A stretch of DNA of 64,000 nucleotides from Octopus sinensis (Eukaryota), in assembly GCF_006345805.1 (NCBI RefSeq), contig NC_043015.1, positions 16,244,001 to 16,308,000 of the forward strand, read 5' to 3'. How positions within the stretch are numbered: position 1 is the stretch's first letter; each line of letters starts with the position of its first letter. The position numbers and the translations under genes were made by a program. Below are positions 37,648 through 50,899 of this stretch, piece by piece. The notes below the pieces were generated by a model. The model was not told the origin of the DNA. It did not search any database and worked only from the letters and a program-made list of their open reading frames with translations.

Positions 37648-38161
37648 TCTATATATATAAAAGTGAGGTTATGTGGTGTCTGTCTCCTACGATTTAGATT
37701 CCTAACTACTCCCACATTTTGCGGTGCAGTGTAACCAAAAGCGGGTATCTTATAGTCGTGATTCATATCGAGCCCTTCTGGGTATTAGCGCGCGTCTACG
37801 ATGAGTCTACGATTTAAAAAAAAATTTACCATAATTTTTCCGCATTTTTAATGCATTTTCGCTTGGTTTATATAAGGGAAGTAACTCTCTAAAAATGTAT
37901 TATTAAATCTCAGAACGTAAAAAGCTACAGTAACACCCCCCTTTAAAATAATAATAATCGTGTACAGTGCTCAGGTGCACTACAACTCATCTAAAGTGTA
38001 TATATAATCAGGTGTAGTTTCGGCAGATTTCGGAAAGCATGAGGGCCTTAAAGGATGCAGTAGTTAGCCATATTGAGATGACTATTATACTTTACATCTC
38101 TAAAAATGCTTATATAGTTATTTCCCTTACAAACCCGAGCAACGCCAGGTGATACTGCTAG
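37648..38161 (+). mobile_element. Non-autonomous Helitron
   Basis: 5' TC (a|tctatatatataaaag), subterminal GC-rich hairpin acccgagcaacgccaggt, 3' CTAG followed by T; inserted between A and T, no TSD. Confidence 0.85.
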
Positions 38162-39009
38162 TGCATTATATATGTCCCATATAGAAAGGCTCAAAGTTCA
38201 CCAAAATATCATTCCCCTGGACAGAAAAGCTCAGATAATAATAAAGAAGAAAAAAAGCATCCAATTGTCAAAATTGGACAAAGTCTTGAAATAGAAAAAC
38301 TCTCTTAAGAACATCACTCTTAAAAATGAAAATAAAATGAATTTAAAAGTTTAAGATTAGTTATCATTAGATTATAATTTTTTTTCAGACAATTAATCTC
38401 ATCTTTGGAGATGATACAATGTGCTCCTTTTCTGCACATTGAACAATGCCATTTTCCTAATGGTGCCAAGATCCTGTCCTCTTTCTTACTTACTTAAACC
38501 TTCACCATTGTTATCTTTACCTTAAGACCTCTCAGTTCTAGGTTTAGTTCCTAGCCTGGAATACTTTTCTATAATTTCCCTATAAATTCAAATATGAGAA
38601 GTAGATTATCAGTTTATAAGAGTCCTAGTGGACGTCTAATCTTAAGCTCTTCTGAAATCACTGTCAAATTCCATTTTACTTACTGCATCTTTGCACATAG
38701 CTTGTACAAGCATCTACAGTCTTTACATCTACACCTAGTTTATTCAGTGACCACCTAACTATTAAATGTGGTACCCTATCAAATGCCCTTTCCAAATCAT
38801 TGGAAAGCAACATGGTGCAATTTAGTGCTGATTCTTATTACACTGATGTTGCTGCATCAATGTTTTAGTGTATTAGCAATATCCAAAACTTGATTATGCT
38901 GCCGAGCATATTTTGCAGTTAGAATGTGTTTCAACAAAAAAGCCTAAACACAAATCTCAATCACACCAACGAACTGCTTTACATTAACAGGGGATGTGAA
39001 CACATTGTA

Positions 39010-40246
39010 CAAGGATCAGCTGGAAAGTTCATAGGCTGACCAAGATACTTTCATGGAATGTGACCAAATGAAATTTGTTTTTTAACGTAGTCCCCATTGT
39101 GGCCCTTAAACTTCTTCCATCAGTGTTGCAGTATTAAGACTCCTTTGGTGAAGCTTTTATCCTGTTGGTCAAAAAAGTCATCAGCAGCAGATATGACATC
39201 ATCACCACTGTGAAACTAGTTCAAATCAAGAGAAGAGGGTGGCTGATAAACCAGTTCAGAGCCACAGTCATGCACAGCAGCCATTAAAACCAAGAACTTG
39301 TGTGTTAGAACATTGTCCTAATCAAACAAGACACCCTTTTGTCAGTTTTCCTGGGTGTTTGATCTTGATAGCCTTTTGTAACTGCCTCAGCAACCTGGCA
39401 TGGTACTCTCCACTGATGGTGTGGCCCTTTTGAAGATAGTCAACAAACACAATGCATTTTGCATTCCTAAAATCCGAGGACATCACCTTCCCTGCAGATA
39501 AAAACACCTTGGCCTTCTTTGGAGCAGGTGAGGAGGGATGTTTCCACTGCATTGATTGTCTCTTTGTCTCTGGCTCAAATTCATTAAGCCATTACACATT
39601 CTGAGTTAGAAAACATTCAAGGAAACCAGCTAGATCTGTTTGGAACAATGTTGGATTTTCCTGAGATGTGATACACCAAGTGAGCTTTTGATCAGGTGTC
39701 AAAAGACATAGCACTCACTGAGCGAAATCCTTCATCATGCTAAGTTCATTGTGCAGAATATTCTCAAACCTCTTGTAGGATATGCTGATAGCATGGACTA
39801 TTTGAGTTATACTCAATTGCCTGTCATCCATCAGCATGTGGTGAACACAATCAATGATTTCCTCAGTGGTGGCAGTAACAGGACGTCCAGAGCTTGGATC
39901 ATCTTCAAGACTCTCCCATCTCCTCCTAAATTCAGTGACCCACTTTTACACTATTGATAAAGCTGGAGCATCACCTTCTGATGTAGCAACCATGTCAGCA
40001 TGAATATCATGGGGGGAGGGGGGACAAAACCTTTTTTTTTCTGCAGGTACTTGATAATACCACAGTACCAAATTTTATCCATTTTCAAGAAGTTGTTACT
40101 AGTTGATGTCTCCTTTGAACAGACAGATGTCAGTTTACCAAAAAAGAAACAATGCAGTTATATAAAACAAAAAGAGCTGCAAGATTTCACAGCTCAAACA
40201 TCATTACTTCATAGTCAGCCTATTAACTTTTTTTAGCCCACCCTTG
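39010..40246 (-). mobile_element. mariner transposon (irritans/Hsmar2-like), defective
   Basis: TA flanks, imperfect TIRs caagg...aaagtt.ataggctgac; QWKHPSSPAPKKAKVFLSAGKVM...VDYLQKGHTISGEY; stops and an internal deletion. Confidence 0.9.
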
Positions 40247-40893
40247 TACACCCTTAACAATCAGAACCTGGTGACTCCATTCTCCATATGACAATAGCCA
40301 CCTGTGCTCACCTGTCTTTCTTACAGGCCAGGTGTATTGGCATCCTAACCATACTGCTTTAGTCAAACACTTGCCTTTCAATATTACCAACTTCTTTAGT
40401 CATTTCTCATTTGCCTTTATTATTTTGTATCCTAGTCCAACCTGTGTCTTCTACGTAGGTAGCATTTATCATTTCTAAGTTGAACTTAGCTACAGATATT
40501 AGGTACTAGACCATTGGAGAATATTACTTGCAATATCTAGCATCTTAGCCAAGAGGAGATTTCCCTCATATATTAATGCCACATAAAAAAACAATAACAA
40601 ATACTGGGTTTGAAAAGTCATAATAGTCGAGGGAGAAGACACAGTGACACACACAAAACCTTGTAGCTTTTACTCTAAGAATTAAACAACAAAAACTGGT
40701 CAATTTCTTAACAATGTCTTTGGTATCTGAGTAATCAACCTGAGAAAAATAATAGGTGATGCTGATCCAGCAAGGTCCGAACACCGAAACAGTAAGTAGC
40801 TAACTAGAAGCTAGAAAGCTCCACAATAGCCTAAGCACTGTTTATTAGGTTCACTTACCAGCTTTATTAATAACAAAAATACAGATATTTTAC

Positions 40894-41072
40894 CAGTATC
40901 AGTTTTCCGTTTGGTCCCATATCGCTTTTGTGTAGCCTGTCTCAGTGTTATAGGATGAATTTCATGTTCTCCCTGTACCAGACTATTACGGTAGGCAATC
41001 AATGGTTGGGACTCATTGTCTGAGCGATCAGTAGGAACACCCATGGGAAGATGTTTGTCCAGATAGTTTAAT
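40894..41072 (-). CDS. STAG1/2: Cohesin subunit SA internal exon
   Basis: tttacag acceptor, 179 nt, LNYLDKHLPMGVPTDRSDNESQPLIAYRNSLVQGEHEIHPITLRQATQKRYGTKRKTDT, donor gtaaaa; contains the PL..YRNSL motif. Confidence 0.9.
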
Positions 41073-41289
41073 CTGTAAAAAAAATAATCAATTTAATAAT
41101 TTCAGAAGAAAGTTAAAACTCTGTGTGGTATCTAAATGTTCATTTTTCACATCAGCATGCATTACATTGGTCTTCAAGATTGCTTGAAGAATTGTTTTTA
41201 AGAAACATCCCTGAAACAGGATAATCTCTAGCCTACTTTTATTTCAACAACCCTTACACACAACATACACAAAATAAAACAACAACACT

Positions 41290-41485
41290 ATTATCATTTA
41301 GCTGGCATGGGCTAGATGGTTTGACTGGGACTGGTGAGCCAGAGAGCAGTACCAGGCTCCAGTCTGATTTGGCCTGGTTTCTATAGCTAGATACCCTTCC
41401 AAATACCAACCACTCCAAGAGTGTAGTGAGTGCCTTTTATATGTCACCAGCATGGATGCCTTTTACATACCACTAGCACAGGCTG
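41290..41485 (-). mobile_element. RTE 3' tail fragment
   Basis: Same module as 2605-2915, more diverged. Confidence 0.75.
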
Positions 41486-42149
41486 TCAACATGCACTTAC
41501 ATTATTTCACTATTTTTATCGCTTAGGCAGAGGAAGAAGGGCAATCCTAATGATCCTTATTTTTTGAGCTTGAGGCAAAAAAAGAAGCTCCTCTCAAACT
41601 GGAGAGCTGGCATGAAAGAACATAACAGACTGAACTCTTCTAAAAGCAGCTCAAAGCCAGGTGTTGATGTTAAGCTAGACTACAATAATTTCTCTTACCA
41701 AAGGACAGATACAATCCACTCAGCAAGTTCTAACATAGCTGCCATCTACCCAGTTTTAATTATAAAACCTTGGTCAACGTGAAGATAGACAAAACTTATC
41801 CAGGGTGCACAACAATGCTTATAATCAGAAACTTTTGAAGTGCTATGGAAAGCATGAGTACATTATCAATAAAATGTATAACATAGAGCCACAAGGCAAC
41901 TGAGATGTCTTGCAAAATACTAGGCTGCAAAACATGGTAATGGATGTGATACATACACAACTAATACTTGAAGCAATGAATGACAACTCATAGCTGTTCC
42001 TTGTTGTTATTTGCTTTTTAATACGTTTCTTCTAGTCTTTCAAGCCTGACATTCTCAGATCTGATTTCACCAATTCTCGTGGCTTGTAAGGATTTCGCTG
42101 ATATATTCCACTATTAACTACACTGATATATTCTACTATTAACAAGTAA

Positions 42150-43570
42150 ATTTTCATATAATTCACCACTTTGAATACATGTAAGTCAAGTACACTCTTT
42201 AAACCAACAAGGCTACCAATTCTGAAGGGTGTCTCTTCTATTAACCTCAAACACTGCACTCCTGAGCTAGCTTCTATACTAACTAAAGTCTTCGAGGTTC
42301 CTCTCTCCACAGGGATCTACCCTATCTTGGGAAACATTAGTGTCCCATTCACAAGAAATGAAGCCTTTCTGACCATGTTAACTATTGCCTTATTGCATTC
42401 ACTTCAAATATCTTTAAGCTAAAGGAGACAGCCATTAACAACAATGTCTTCAAACACCTGGAATCTGTCTCTCCTCCCCTTTCTTAATGACCATCAGAAC
42501 AGCTGCTCTAAAACCAGATGAACTAGTGACCTACTTTTCTGTGTCCACCAGTGGGTACTTGTCTTGGATAACTTTGGTGAAAGCAAAGCTTTCAAGTATA
42601 TCTAGCATGTGAATCTCCTATTGAAATTGCCCACCTATGGGCTCCAATCATCTTTCATCTCTTGAATTGATAACTTCCTAACAGATTAAACAATTGTTGA
42701 GTGCTGATGGAGTTCTTTTTGTTCTTCATTATGTTAATTATGATGTTCTCCACTCTCTTCTTAGTACATGTCAATGATTTACTTGCTATCACATCCAGCA
42801 ACACTCATTTTTATGCCCTTCATTCCTTCCTAACATTCTCCAAACATCCACTTACAACAAACACCACATACCAAATTCACACTGCCGCCATGGACCCAAG
42901 TTCTAAAAAGCATCCTCCAATTGGGGTATGTCACTCTCGTCTCTTTTCACATTCAGAAAACACAAATTCTTTTCACATAAAAAAACAAAAAATTTACCAT
43001 ACCACACTCTTCTTAATCGTGAGCAGCAAATTAGCTAGAGTCCTCAAAATCACCTCATTTGTAGTTTTTCACTATCACCAAGGATCTTTCCTAGCAAAAG
43101 CACATCCTTTACAGGACCACATCCTGGCTCTTCTTTTCAAAGCTGAAAGATACTTCAGCCTCCAACAGAATATTGCTCCCACACCTGGAATGCTGCTGCC
43201 ACTGCACACAGACACCTTAGACTGCATCCAAGAAAGGGTTACCTGTCTGATTGGCATAAAGTCTGTCACAGACATGCTCCAGCTTCTGCCTTACAGGACT
43301 GCTGTCTCCCTTCTCTTCCTTTCCTACACCAACTGTAATGGCCTATGCACCTCACAGCTGGTTGGGCCTGTGCCACCTTCACTCAAACATACCTGTCCTG
43401 CTTATCTCTACTCTTCCCACCACCCTTGTTGTGTTCTTGTTCTAGGAACCAAACTAATCATTACACCCAGTTCATTCCCAGAATGTCAGTCCTCTGAAAT
43501 TCTCTCCCTGCACATATCTTTCCTACAGGTGTTGACACACAAAGGTTCAACAGGCCTAAGTATGCATGTA
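42150..43570 (+). mobile_element. Degraded CR1/L2-group LINE RT remnant
   Basis: LKHCTPELASILTK.F..LSTGIYP; KHLES...LNDHQ; STLFLVHVNDLL...HFYA (DD lost); LDCIQERV..LIG. Confidence 0.75.
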
Positions 43571-43805
43571 GAGACCATGAATACTGCCACTTCTCATAAA
43601 ATACAAGGAGGAAGGGACTCTCTATTGTTAACACAAGCAACAACAGAAATTGTTCCACCACTTTTTTACTATTGTTTTTTCAAGCCGACCATCTCCAGCA
43701 CTATTTATTTAATAAGATTATCAATTATTTCTAATGAACTGAGAAATTCAGGAGCTTCATTCATAGATGCCCCTACTATTTGCACTGGCTCTTTATTAAT
43801 TTACC

Positions 43806-44085
43806 AGCGCCGCCTTGACTGGCTTCCATGCCGGTGGCACGTAAAATGCACCAATCCGTTCGTGGCCATTGCCAGCCTCGCCTGGCACCTGTGCCGGTGG
43901 CACGTAAAAAGCACCCACTACACTCACGGAGTGGTTGGCGTTAGGAAGGGCATCCAGCTGTAGAAACACTGCCAGATCAGACTGGAGCCTGGTGCAGCCT
44001 TCTGGCTTCCCAGATCCCCGGTTGAACCGTCCAACCCATGCTAGCATGGAGAACGGACGTTAAACGATGATGATGATGATGATGA
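43806..44085 (+). mobile_element. Young RTE 3' tail copy with (ATG)n
   Basis: ...gttaggaagggcatccagctgtagaaac...cggacgttaaacgatgatgatgatg. Confidence 0.85.
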
Positions 44086-44859
44086 ATGATGAAATCTCAC
44101 AGCACCTCTTGTGAATGTATATTTGGCACTGAGTACACAGCTTTAGGTCCTTTCTAAATCTCTGTGTCATTCTTTCAAGAAACATAAGAAAAGGATTTAA
44201 GAATAGAGACATGTATACACATATATGATTTGCAATATTCTCACATTAATCTACACTTCCCGCTCTCAATACCTACCAGATTTAACAATAAGGAACCCTC
44301 CCCAAAACCTTAAGTAGATCAATATAGCTGTTTGTTCATTGTTACGATCTTCTTTTGATTTCACATCCAGGTACTAACTCCAAATGCATCTTATTCAACT
44401 TACCTTCCATGACTATTATATCTCTCTAGTACAGCAACTGACAACCAACAACACTGCTAATTTGGAGAGTAATATCTTCCTTCATAACCTGACTAACCAA
44501 TTATCTTGACTTCTAAATTCATTGTAGTTCATACATTAGCTGCACATGAAGAAAATTTCTGAATGGCCAAGTGATAGATGTGATAAAATGCTGACCAGAA
44601 TCTGGCTCAACAATATTACATAATATCAATTATGCTTTAATAAGCATCTCATACAGCAAAATAAACATTATTTTAATGTGGTTAAGATGTGATCTTGGTC
44701 ACCTTGCTTTATGATACAAGGGGGCTGATTGAATTACTATTACAAGTCAATCATCCTTGACAAGAACATGCTCTGACCCCTTCCCAGCACATCTTATAGT
44801 TTAGCTCCTCAACCACTAACATGAAGCTGATACTCACCTCCCCCAGGCTTCAAAGTCCT

Positions 44860-45062
44860 ACGAGCTGCATGGCAACTTTAATATTGCAGGGGGCTCAAAA
44901 TAAAACCACCCAGTGCATGCTGTAATGAGGCATTAAGAAGGGCATCCAAACACAGACATTGGAATATAATGCAGTCCTCAGACTCATAAGATCCTGTCAA
45001 ACAGTCCAACCCATGCCAGCATAAAATATGGACGATAAATGATGACGATAACAACGATCATG
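44860..45062 (+). mobile_element. Old RTE 3' tail copy
   Basis: aagaagggcatccaa...gtccaacccatgccagcat...gatgatgacg. Confidence 0.65.
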
Positions 45063-45275
45063 ATATGCATTCCTAATCAGCAGAAATTTATTCTATAAAT
45101 GCTGCTAATAATGAATATTTTCTTTTAAAAGGACTGCATTGGTCTTACCCATACCCAACACACTCTAGCGTTACTGTTCTATTACCCTCCATCCCCACCC
45201 CATACCAATGTCAAACCAACATGCACTCACTTAAAAAACATGCTTCAACTAAATACAAAGTTATGTATTACTTAC

Positions 45276-45407
45276 ACAGTCTTTTTATCTTGTTTCATTA
45301 ACTTGTTGGTAAATTCACAAAGAATTTCTAAAAATGACAAATTTGGTGGCATTCCTTTCGGATCAGCTGCATTAGAAACAGGAGTTAAGCTGAAGAGGAT
45401 TCCTTCT
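45276..45407 (-). CDS. STAG1/2: Cohesin subunit SA internal exon
   Basis: ttccag acceptor, 132 nt, EGILFSLTPVSNAADPKGMPPNLSFLEILCEFTNKLMKQDKKT, donor gtaagt; matches PPNLAFLE.LSEFSSKLLRQDK. Confidence 0.93.
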
Positions 45408-46751
45408 CTGGAAGTGTAAGAAAATTAAAAATCCAATAAAATAATAGCAATAATTACAAATCAAAACACTGTAAAAAAACTAAAACCTCCAATTTCTTGC
45501 CAGAAAATATGTTATCATTTCTACTATCTTGTATTTTATACTCAGTTTAATTCAGAGAGCCAAGGGTTGTATTGTTATATATATATATATATATATATAA
45601 GGCATGTACCATCCAGGAATTCAAGTGTAGGAGTTAGTAAGCTTAAAACATTAAGGCAGCTATAGATGACAAAAGGTAGACAATATACAATATACAACGC
45701 CAGGTCATAATGCTAGTTAACATTATTATGCTTTCCAGCAGCTCTATAGCCACATTCAAATGCATATTCAACATATTTAAATTCTCCTTCGTAGTAAACG
45801 ATTCATAACTTCTGACAATAAACAGTAATGACAAGTTTATAAGTTTGCTTGACATTTTATAAGTGTGAAAGGGATTAAAATTTCGATACTTGTTATCAAA
45901 GGTTCCAACAAGAATGAGTGAAAAAGAATTGTTAACATAATCAGTTTGATTGGTCACCTTCCTCCGTTGGTTGAATAAAGTGTTATCCAAGCTGATGCTT
46001 ATTGGTAATTAAACTTAATTTGCAACACCTGTACATATTTATCAGCTTTGTTTTCGTTGGTAATTCTTATCAACAACTTTTCTTGTGATCATGATTTGAG
46101 AAGACATACAGCAGTATGCTAAAGATCAGACATAATCTCTTGTTGGCAAGAAATGTAAAATAAAGTTTATTATAAATAACACAAACACTTTGTAATTTAA
46201 TAGCTTTCAATGTGATATCTGTTAAACAGAAATTATTTTTATTTACTGAAAAATTTAATAAAATCTAATCATCATAAGTAAGTGAAATTATGCTAAATAC
46301 TACTAAACCGAAAACCTTTTTTCCCCTGGCTATATTGGCAATTCTGAAAACTTTTGGGTGCAAATTTTACATGAGTAGAAGTTTTTTTAACAAATTTTAT
46401 CCTGAAAATCACCTGCATAAATTACACAGGTGCACAAATTACATGGGTTTTTATGGTATCTGAAAAATATTTCAAGCATTATTAACTTATCCCAAAAATG
46501 TTTACAGAAGAAAAAGGAGGAGAAAGAAAAGAAAACAGAACCTAATTGTGATCTTCAGATTATTCTAATTTGAAGGACAAAGCAAATATAATACAACATG
46601 CAGAAGAATCTGCACACTGTATTATATCATTTTGAAATAAATTTGTAATATTTAAGTGTCACTGATGCAAGATAAAAGACATCAAACTATTGACATTAAA
46701 AGTAATAAAAACACAAGAATTTTAGCAGAAAAATAAATCACCAGAACCTAC

Positions 46752-46828
46752 TTGTGCATAGCAGCTACAGCTTCACGGTTTTTAACTTGATCAAGACCAA
46801 ATGATAAAGAGAATCTGCGCGCCAATTC
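46752..46828 (-). CDS. STAG1/2: Cohesin subunit SA internal exon
   Basis: atcag acceptor, 77 nt, [25 protein letters not shown](K), donor gtaggt; matches STAG ELARRFALTFGLDQ.KTREA. Confidence 0.95.
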
Positions 46829-47168
46829 CTGATAACCATTAATAAAAGATAAGATAAATTTAGGAAGCACAAGCAAGAAAGTATCCTTTTATTTTTCTTT
46901 TTTTTTTTTCATTCTTAACGATTTACCTTTACAATTTGTTTTGGTCAGCATTTTATAAAAAAGAGAATGGCGTTTTAGAAAAGAAGCATATTTGTTGTAA
47001 CAATTGTAATATGGAATCAAATTACTAGATGAAAATTCAAGATGAAGGAGTGGATATTATTCTATTTCAACAATATTATCTCAATTTATATTATGAAACT
47101 CATTTGACATAAAAATCAAAGAATAAATGCAAAAATGCAAAACACACAGCAGTATTAGAGAAACTTAC

Positions 47169-47237
47169 TTTAATGGCTTGAAAGCTATCTGAGGATCGAT
47201 CGATGACTGGTTGCTCCGCCTGAACTTCTTTGAATAA
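47169..47237 (-). CDS. STAG1/2: Cohesin subunit SA internal exon
   Basis: ttacag acceptor, 69 nt, LFKEVQAEQPVIDRSSDSFQAIK, donor gtaagt. Confidence 0.9.
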
Positions 47238-48156
47238 CTGTAAACAGATTATAACTGGTAAAAATATGGAAACTAAGAGCAAAGTTTGAATAGCATGATT
47301 AGGATAAGAACTAATTCTCATAGAGGTCAGTGTTTGAGGAAGCTATCTGGAATGTCAACTGGACCTCGATTGCCAATGCCAACAGAGCAAAGGGTTTGGA
47401 TTTTCTTATGGCTTAGTCAGAAGTGGAATGGCAGTGCCCATGGTCTTTTGCAGAGCCTCTGAAATCAGCAGGAGAAAGAGACCACAACTCATTGGTTGTT
47501 TTCAGAATAGAGATTTGGTCTAAATAAAACAGACTGGACTCTACTAAAAACATTCTAGGGCCAGTAATGGATTAACACTGATTATGTAGGCAGCTGTCTA
47601 GTTTAACTCACAAGGCTTGTGTTGTTATGTGGCTAAAGTAAGATATATTTAGGATTCCATACAAACGTCCCTATATCCATGCAATATATTTGTTTTGGCA
47701 GTATGGATGCAGCTAATAAAGTCATCTTAATTGAGAAGGATGAGAGAGAGAGAGAGAGATTGCCCACATTTGAAGACGTCACTAGAAATTTTCAGGAATG
47801 TGTTGAATGAAAGTATAATTTACCTTCATAGAGAAATCCTTACACTATTCAGTGTATACCAAGAAAGTCAATATGAAACCACTCCTGCATTTAACCTCAA
47901 ACAATATTCTACAAGGACCTAATTACCTTCAATCCATTGGGCTCCCATTCTGATTTGCAGTTATTGTTTAGCCACAAGTCAACTCTGATCAAAGACATTC
48001 CAACTGTGACTACCCTACCTTGTTTGTATGTCTAGGATTACACTCTCCTCTGAATCTCTTTTTTAAGATTGAGTAGGGTGTGATTTGAAGGATGTTTGAC
48101 TGCTATTTCTAGCAAGTCAAGCAGCCATGGAGAGATTGTCATGCAAACAGCTTACT

Positions 48157-48159
<3 letters not shown>

Positions 48160-48213
<54 letters not shown>

Positions 48214-48216
48214 AGG
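48160..48216. repeat. (GA)n microsatellite
   Basis: GA tract ~40 bp into the intron following the SA exon 48259-48360. Confidence 0.9.
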
Positions 48217-48258
48217 GGGGGATGAGAAGCATTCAGAACATTATTCATCAAGTCTCAC

Positions 48259-48360
48259 CTGTGTAAGGCTGAAAGCCAAAGTTTTTGCAGTAGCCACTTT
48301 ATTAATTTCTCTTGCTTTACTTAAGGTAGCTTTGATAATATCCCCATAATCATTGTAAAA
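48259..48360 (-). CDS. STAG1/2: Cohesin subunit SA internal exon
   Basis: ttttag acceptor, 102 nt, [34 protein letters not shown], donor gtgaga; matches [18 protein letters not shown]. Confidence 0.95.
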
Positions 48361-49223
48361 CTAAAAAGAAATAAACAGATAAATTAGAATTATCATTATA
48401 CTTATTTCAATGAGTATTTTTTTTAAAACCATGTTGGCAAAATTAGAAGCCATATAGTTTCCTATTTCCTATAAATAAATAAACAAGCTTTTCATTGAGG
48501 GTTAAATACTAAGTGTGTAGAATTATATTATTATATTTATAAAGAAAATAATTGTCACCTGTTATTCATGTAAATATATATATTTTTGCTTTTTACATAT
48601 ATGTAATGTTTTTTTAAAATTCAAAGTGAAAGGGAAAAACTTAGTTAAAAAAAGAAACATGCATATGATACCTTAACAGAGACAGAGTTTATAGAAGTCT
48701 TCAGTAAACGAAATTCATTTATTTACTATATAAATATTAAATACCTAATTGAAAACAAAAGTGGAATTCTTACAAAATAGATGAGAGTAAATATTTCAAA
48801 AAATGCATGCAAGAAGCCTACATTATCAGCAGCCTCTATTTATTTATAGAGAATCCTGTTTCATGTCTTAAATGGTAGACTATGATGAGCATTTGTTTCA
48901 GTCGATACAAAAGTAATAATGCATATACTATATATAACTCAGGATGGTTATACTAAGTTTTCTAAATCTATAGGAAACTAGAGCAGACATTTTGAATTTT
49001 ATTAAGAAAGCCAGGCCATTTAGAAATAAGTGTTCTTCAGAATTTTTAAATAATTGTGCAGCTTCTGTTGTAGACCAAAGGAAAGTTCTTTAGCATCTTT
49101 GCATATACAAGGGTATAAGAATAATTTTGCTAAAAGGTCTGAAGATACATTGATGATACTCAGTTGTAACTGAGGCAAAATTAAAACTGGTATTTTAGGT
49201 GTCAATTTTCTCTAATAACCTAC

Positions 49224-49357
49224 CTTCATATAATGTTTAAACATATCAGCTGCAGTGCGTATACTAGTTATATTATAAACAACAAGTTTGCAAAAAGCTG
49301 CCAGAAAATTCCGTTTTTTATGGAGTTCTTCAATCTTCACATTTTCATCCATTTCCT
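49224..49357 (-). CDS. STAG1/2: Cohesin subunit SA internal exon
   Basis: aacag acceptor, 134 nt, [44 protein letters not shown], donor gtaggt; matches STAG KIEALHKRRNLLAAF.KL. Confidence 0.95.
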
Positions 49358-49813
49358 CTGTTAAAGAATCACATAAGATAGTATTTATTTACAAACTGTA
49401 CACACTTATCATTTACTTCAGTTACACAAGGTAAAAATATGTAGTATCATACTAATAAGTGACAGTTTGGAAGTCACGGGGGTGAAATATTGAAATTCTT
49501 CAAGAAAAAGTTAATAATATTTATGTAATGTTTGTCATCAATTTTTCAATCTACACTTGGATAAGATATCTAAGTGTGCTCCCCCATGCCTTTGTACTGT
49601 ATTAACTACTGGTAAATTGTGCAAGGCATAACTTAAAAAGATAATCTACTTGCATGCAATGAGCCTTTTCTAAAATATGCTGTGATGACAAACTATATAG
49701 GTTTTTGTATTCCTGATCAAACATGATTGGCAAAAACTGTGGCCTTCAAAGAAAGAAGAAAAAGAAATGGAGTAGGGGTGATGGAATTCCACTGAAGGAT
49801 AGAATACAATATA

Positions 49814-50899
49814 AGAGGGGGTGCCCAGAAGCAACTGGGAACGTTCTCTGTGGGACAAACCCACTAGAAGCCACTTGATGCGACCCTCAGGCATCAGTCT
49901 GTTGGCCAGTGTCGTTGGGTGAACTTGTACTGCCACATGGTGCATCTTTGTTTTGCAGTGCTTCCCCACTTTTCACCAACAAAGGAACAGTGTGCTTCTG
50001 TAAAATTCTGTTTTCTGCTGCGGAAAATGGTAGCTGAAACAGTTGTCATGCTTCAAACAGCTTACAAGGATGCTGCCATGAGCAAAACACAAGTTTAAAA
50101 GTGGCTTCCATGCTTTAGGAATGGTCACTTGTCGCTTGAAGACCAACCTTGTTCAGGACAACCATCGACCTCCTGAATGAATGAAAATCATCATCACCAT
50201 CGTTTAACGTCCGTTTTTCATGCTGGCATGGGTTGGACGGTTTGACTGGAGACTGGCAAGCCAGAAGGTTGTACCAGGCTCCAATCTGATCTTTCAATGT
50301 TTCTACAGCTGGATGCCCTTCCTATTGCCAACTATTCTGAGAGTGTAGTAGGTGCTTTTTATGTGCCACTGACATGGGAGTCAGTCAGGCAGCTCTGGCA
50401 GCAACCCACGCATGAATGAATGATGCTTATTGCATGCCACCAGTACTGATAACAGCCTCAACTAGAATTTCCATTTGATTGTGAGTTGATTTGATTCTGA
50501 TTTCCAAACAATTGTTGATATGACTAGTGTGTCCTGGAGCTCCTACCAAAGAATTTTGAGTGAGGAATTGCAAATGAATGAGTTGTAACAAAATTTGTGT
50601 CTCGCTTGCTAACAGAAGGTCAAAAGTAGTCAAAACTAAATGCATGTCATGAACTGAAAGAACAATTGGAAGTTGATCTGGACCTTTTTTTCAAAGGACA
50701 TCACTGGTAACAAAAGCTTATGCTATGGAATTTGCAGATGTGAAGAAAAAAACGACAGAGGCATTAAAAGGCATCACTTTGCAAGAGTTCCAGCACTGCT
50801 CTGAATAGTGGAAAACTTTGAAGGCAATACAAGTATAAACATGTAAAACAAAGTGAATAAAATATTGCAAAATTCTGGTTTCTTTTAGGTACCCCCTCA
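49814..50899 (+). mobile_element. Defective mariner with a nested RTE tail (50188-50440)
   Basis: TIRs gagggggtgccc / gggggtacc with TA flanks; KEQCASVKFCFLL...ETVVMLQTAYKDAAMSKTQV...EDQPCSGQPSTS HTH region; DDE domain largely deleted. Confidence 0.85.

Noticed and set aside
45643-45990. 115-aa ORF on - between SA exons
   Set aside because: No SA similarity; the flanking exons 46752 and 45407 already join in phase and colinearly with STAG.
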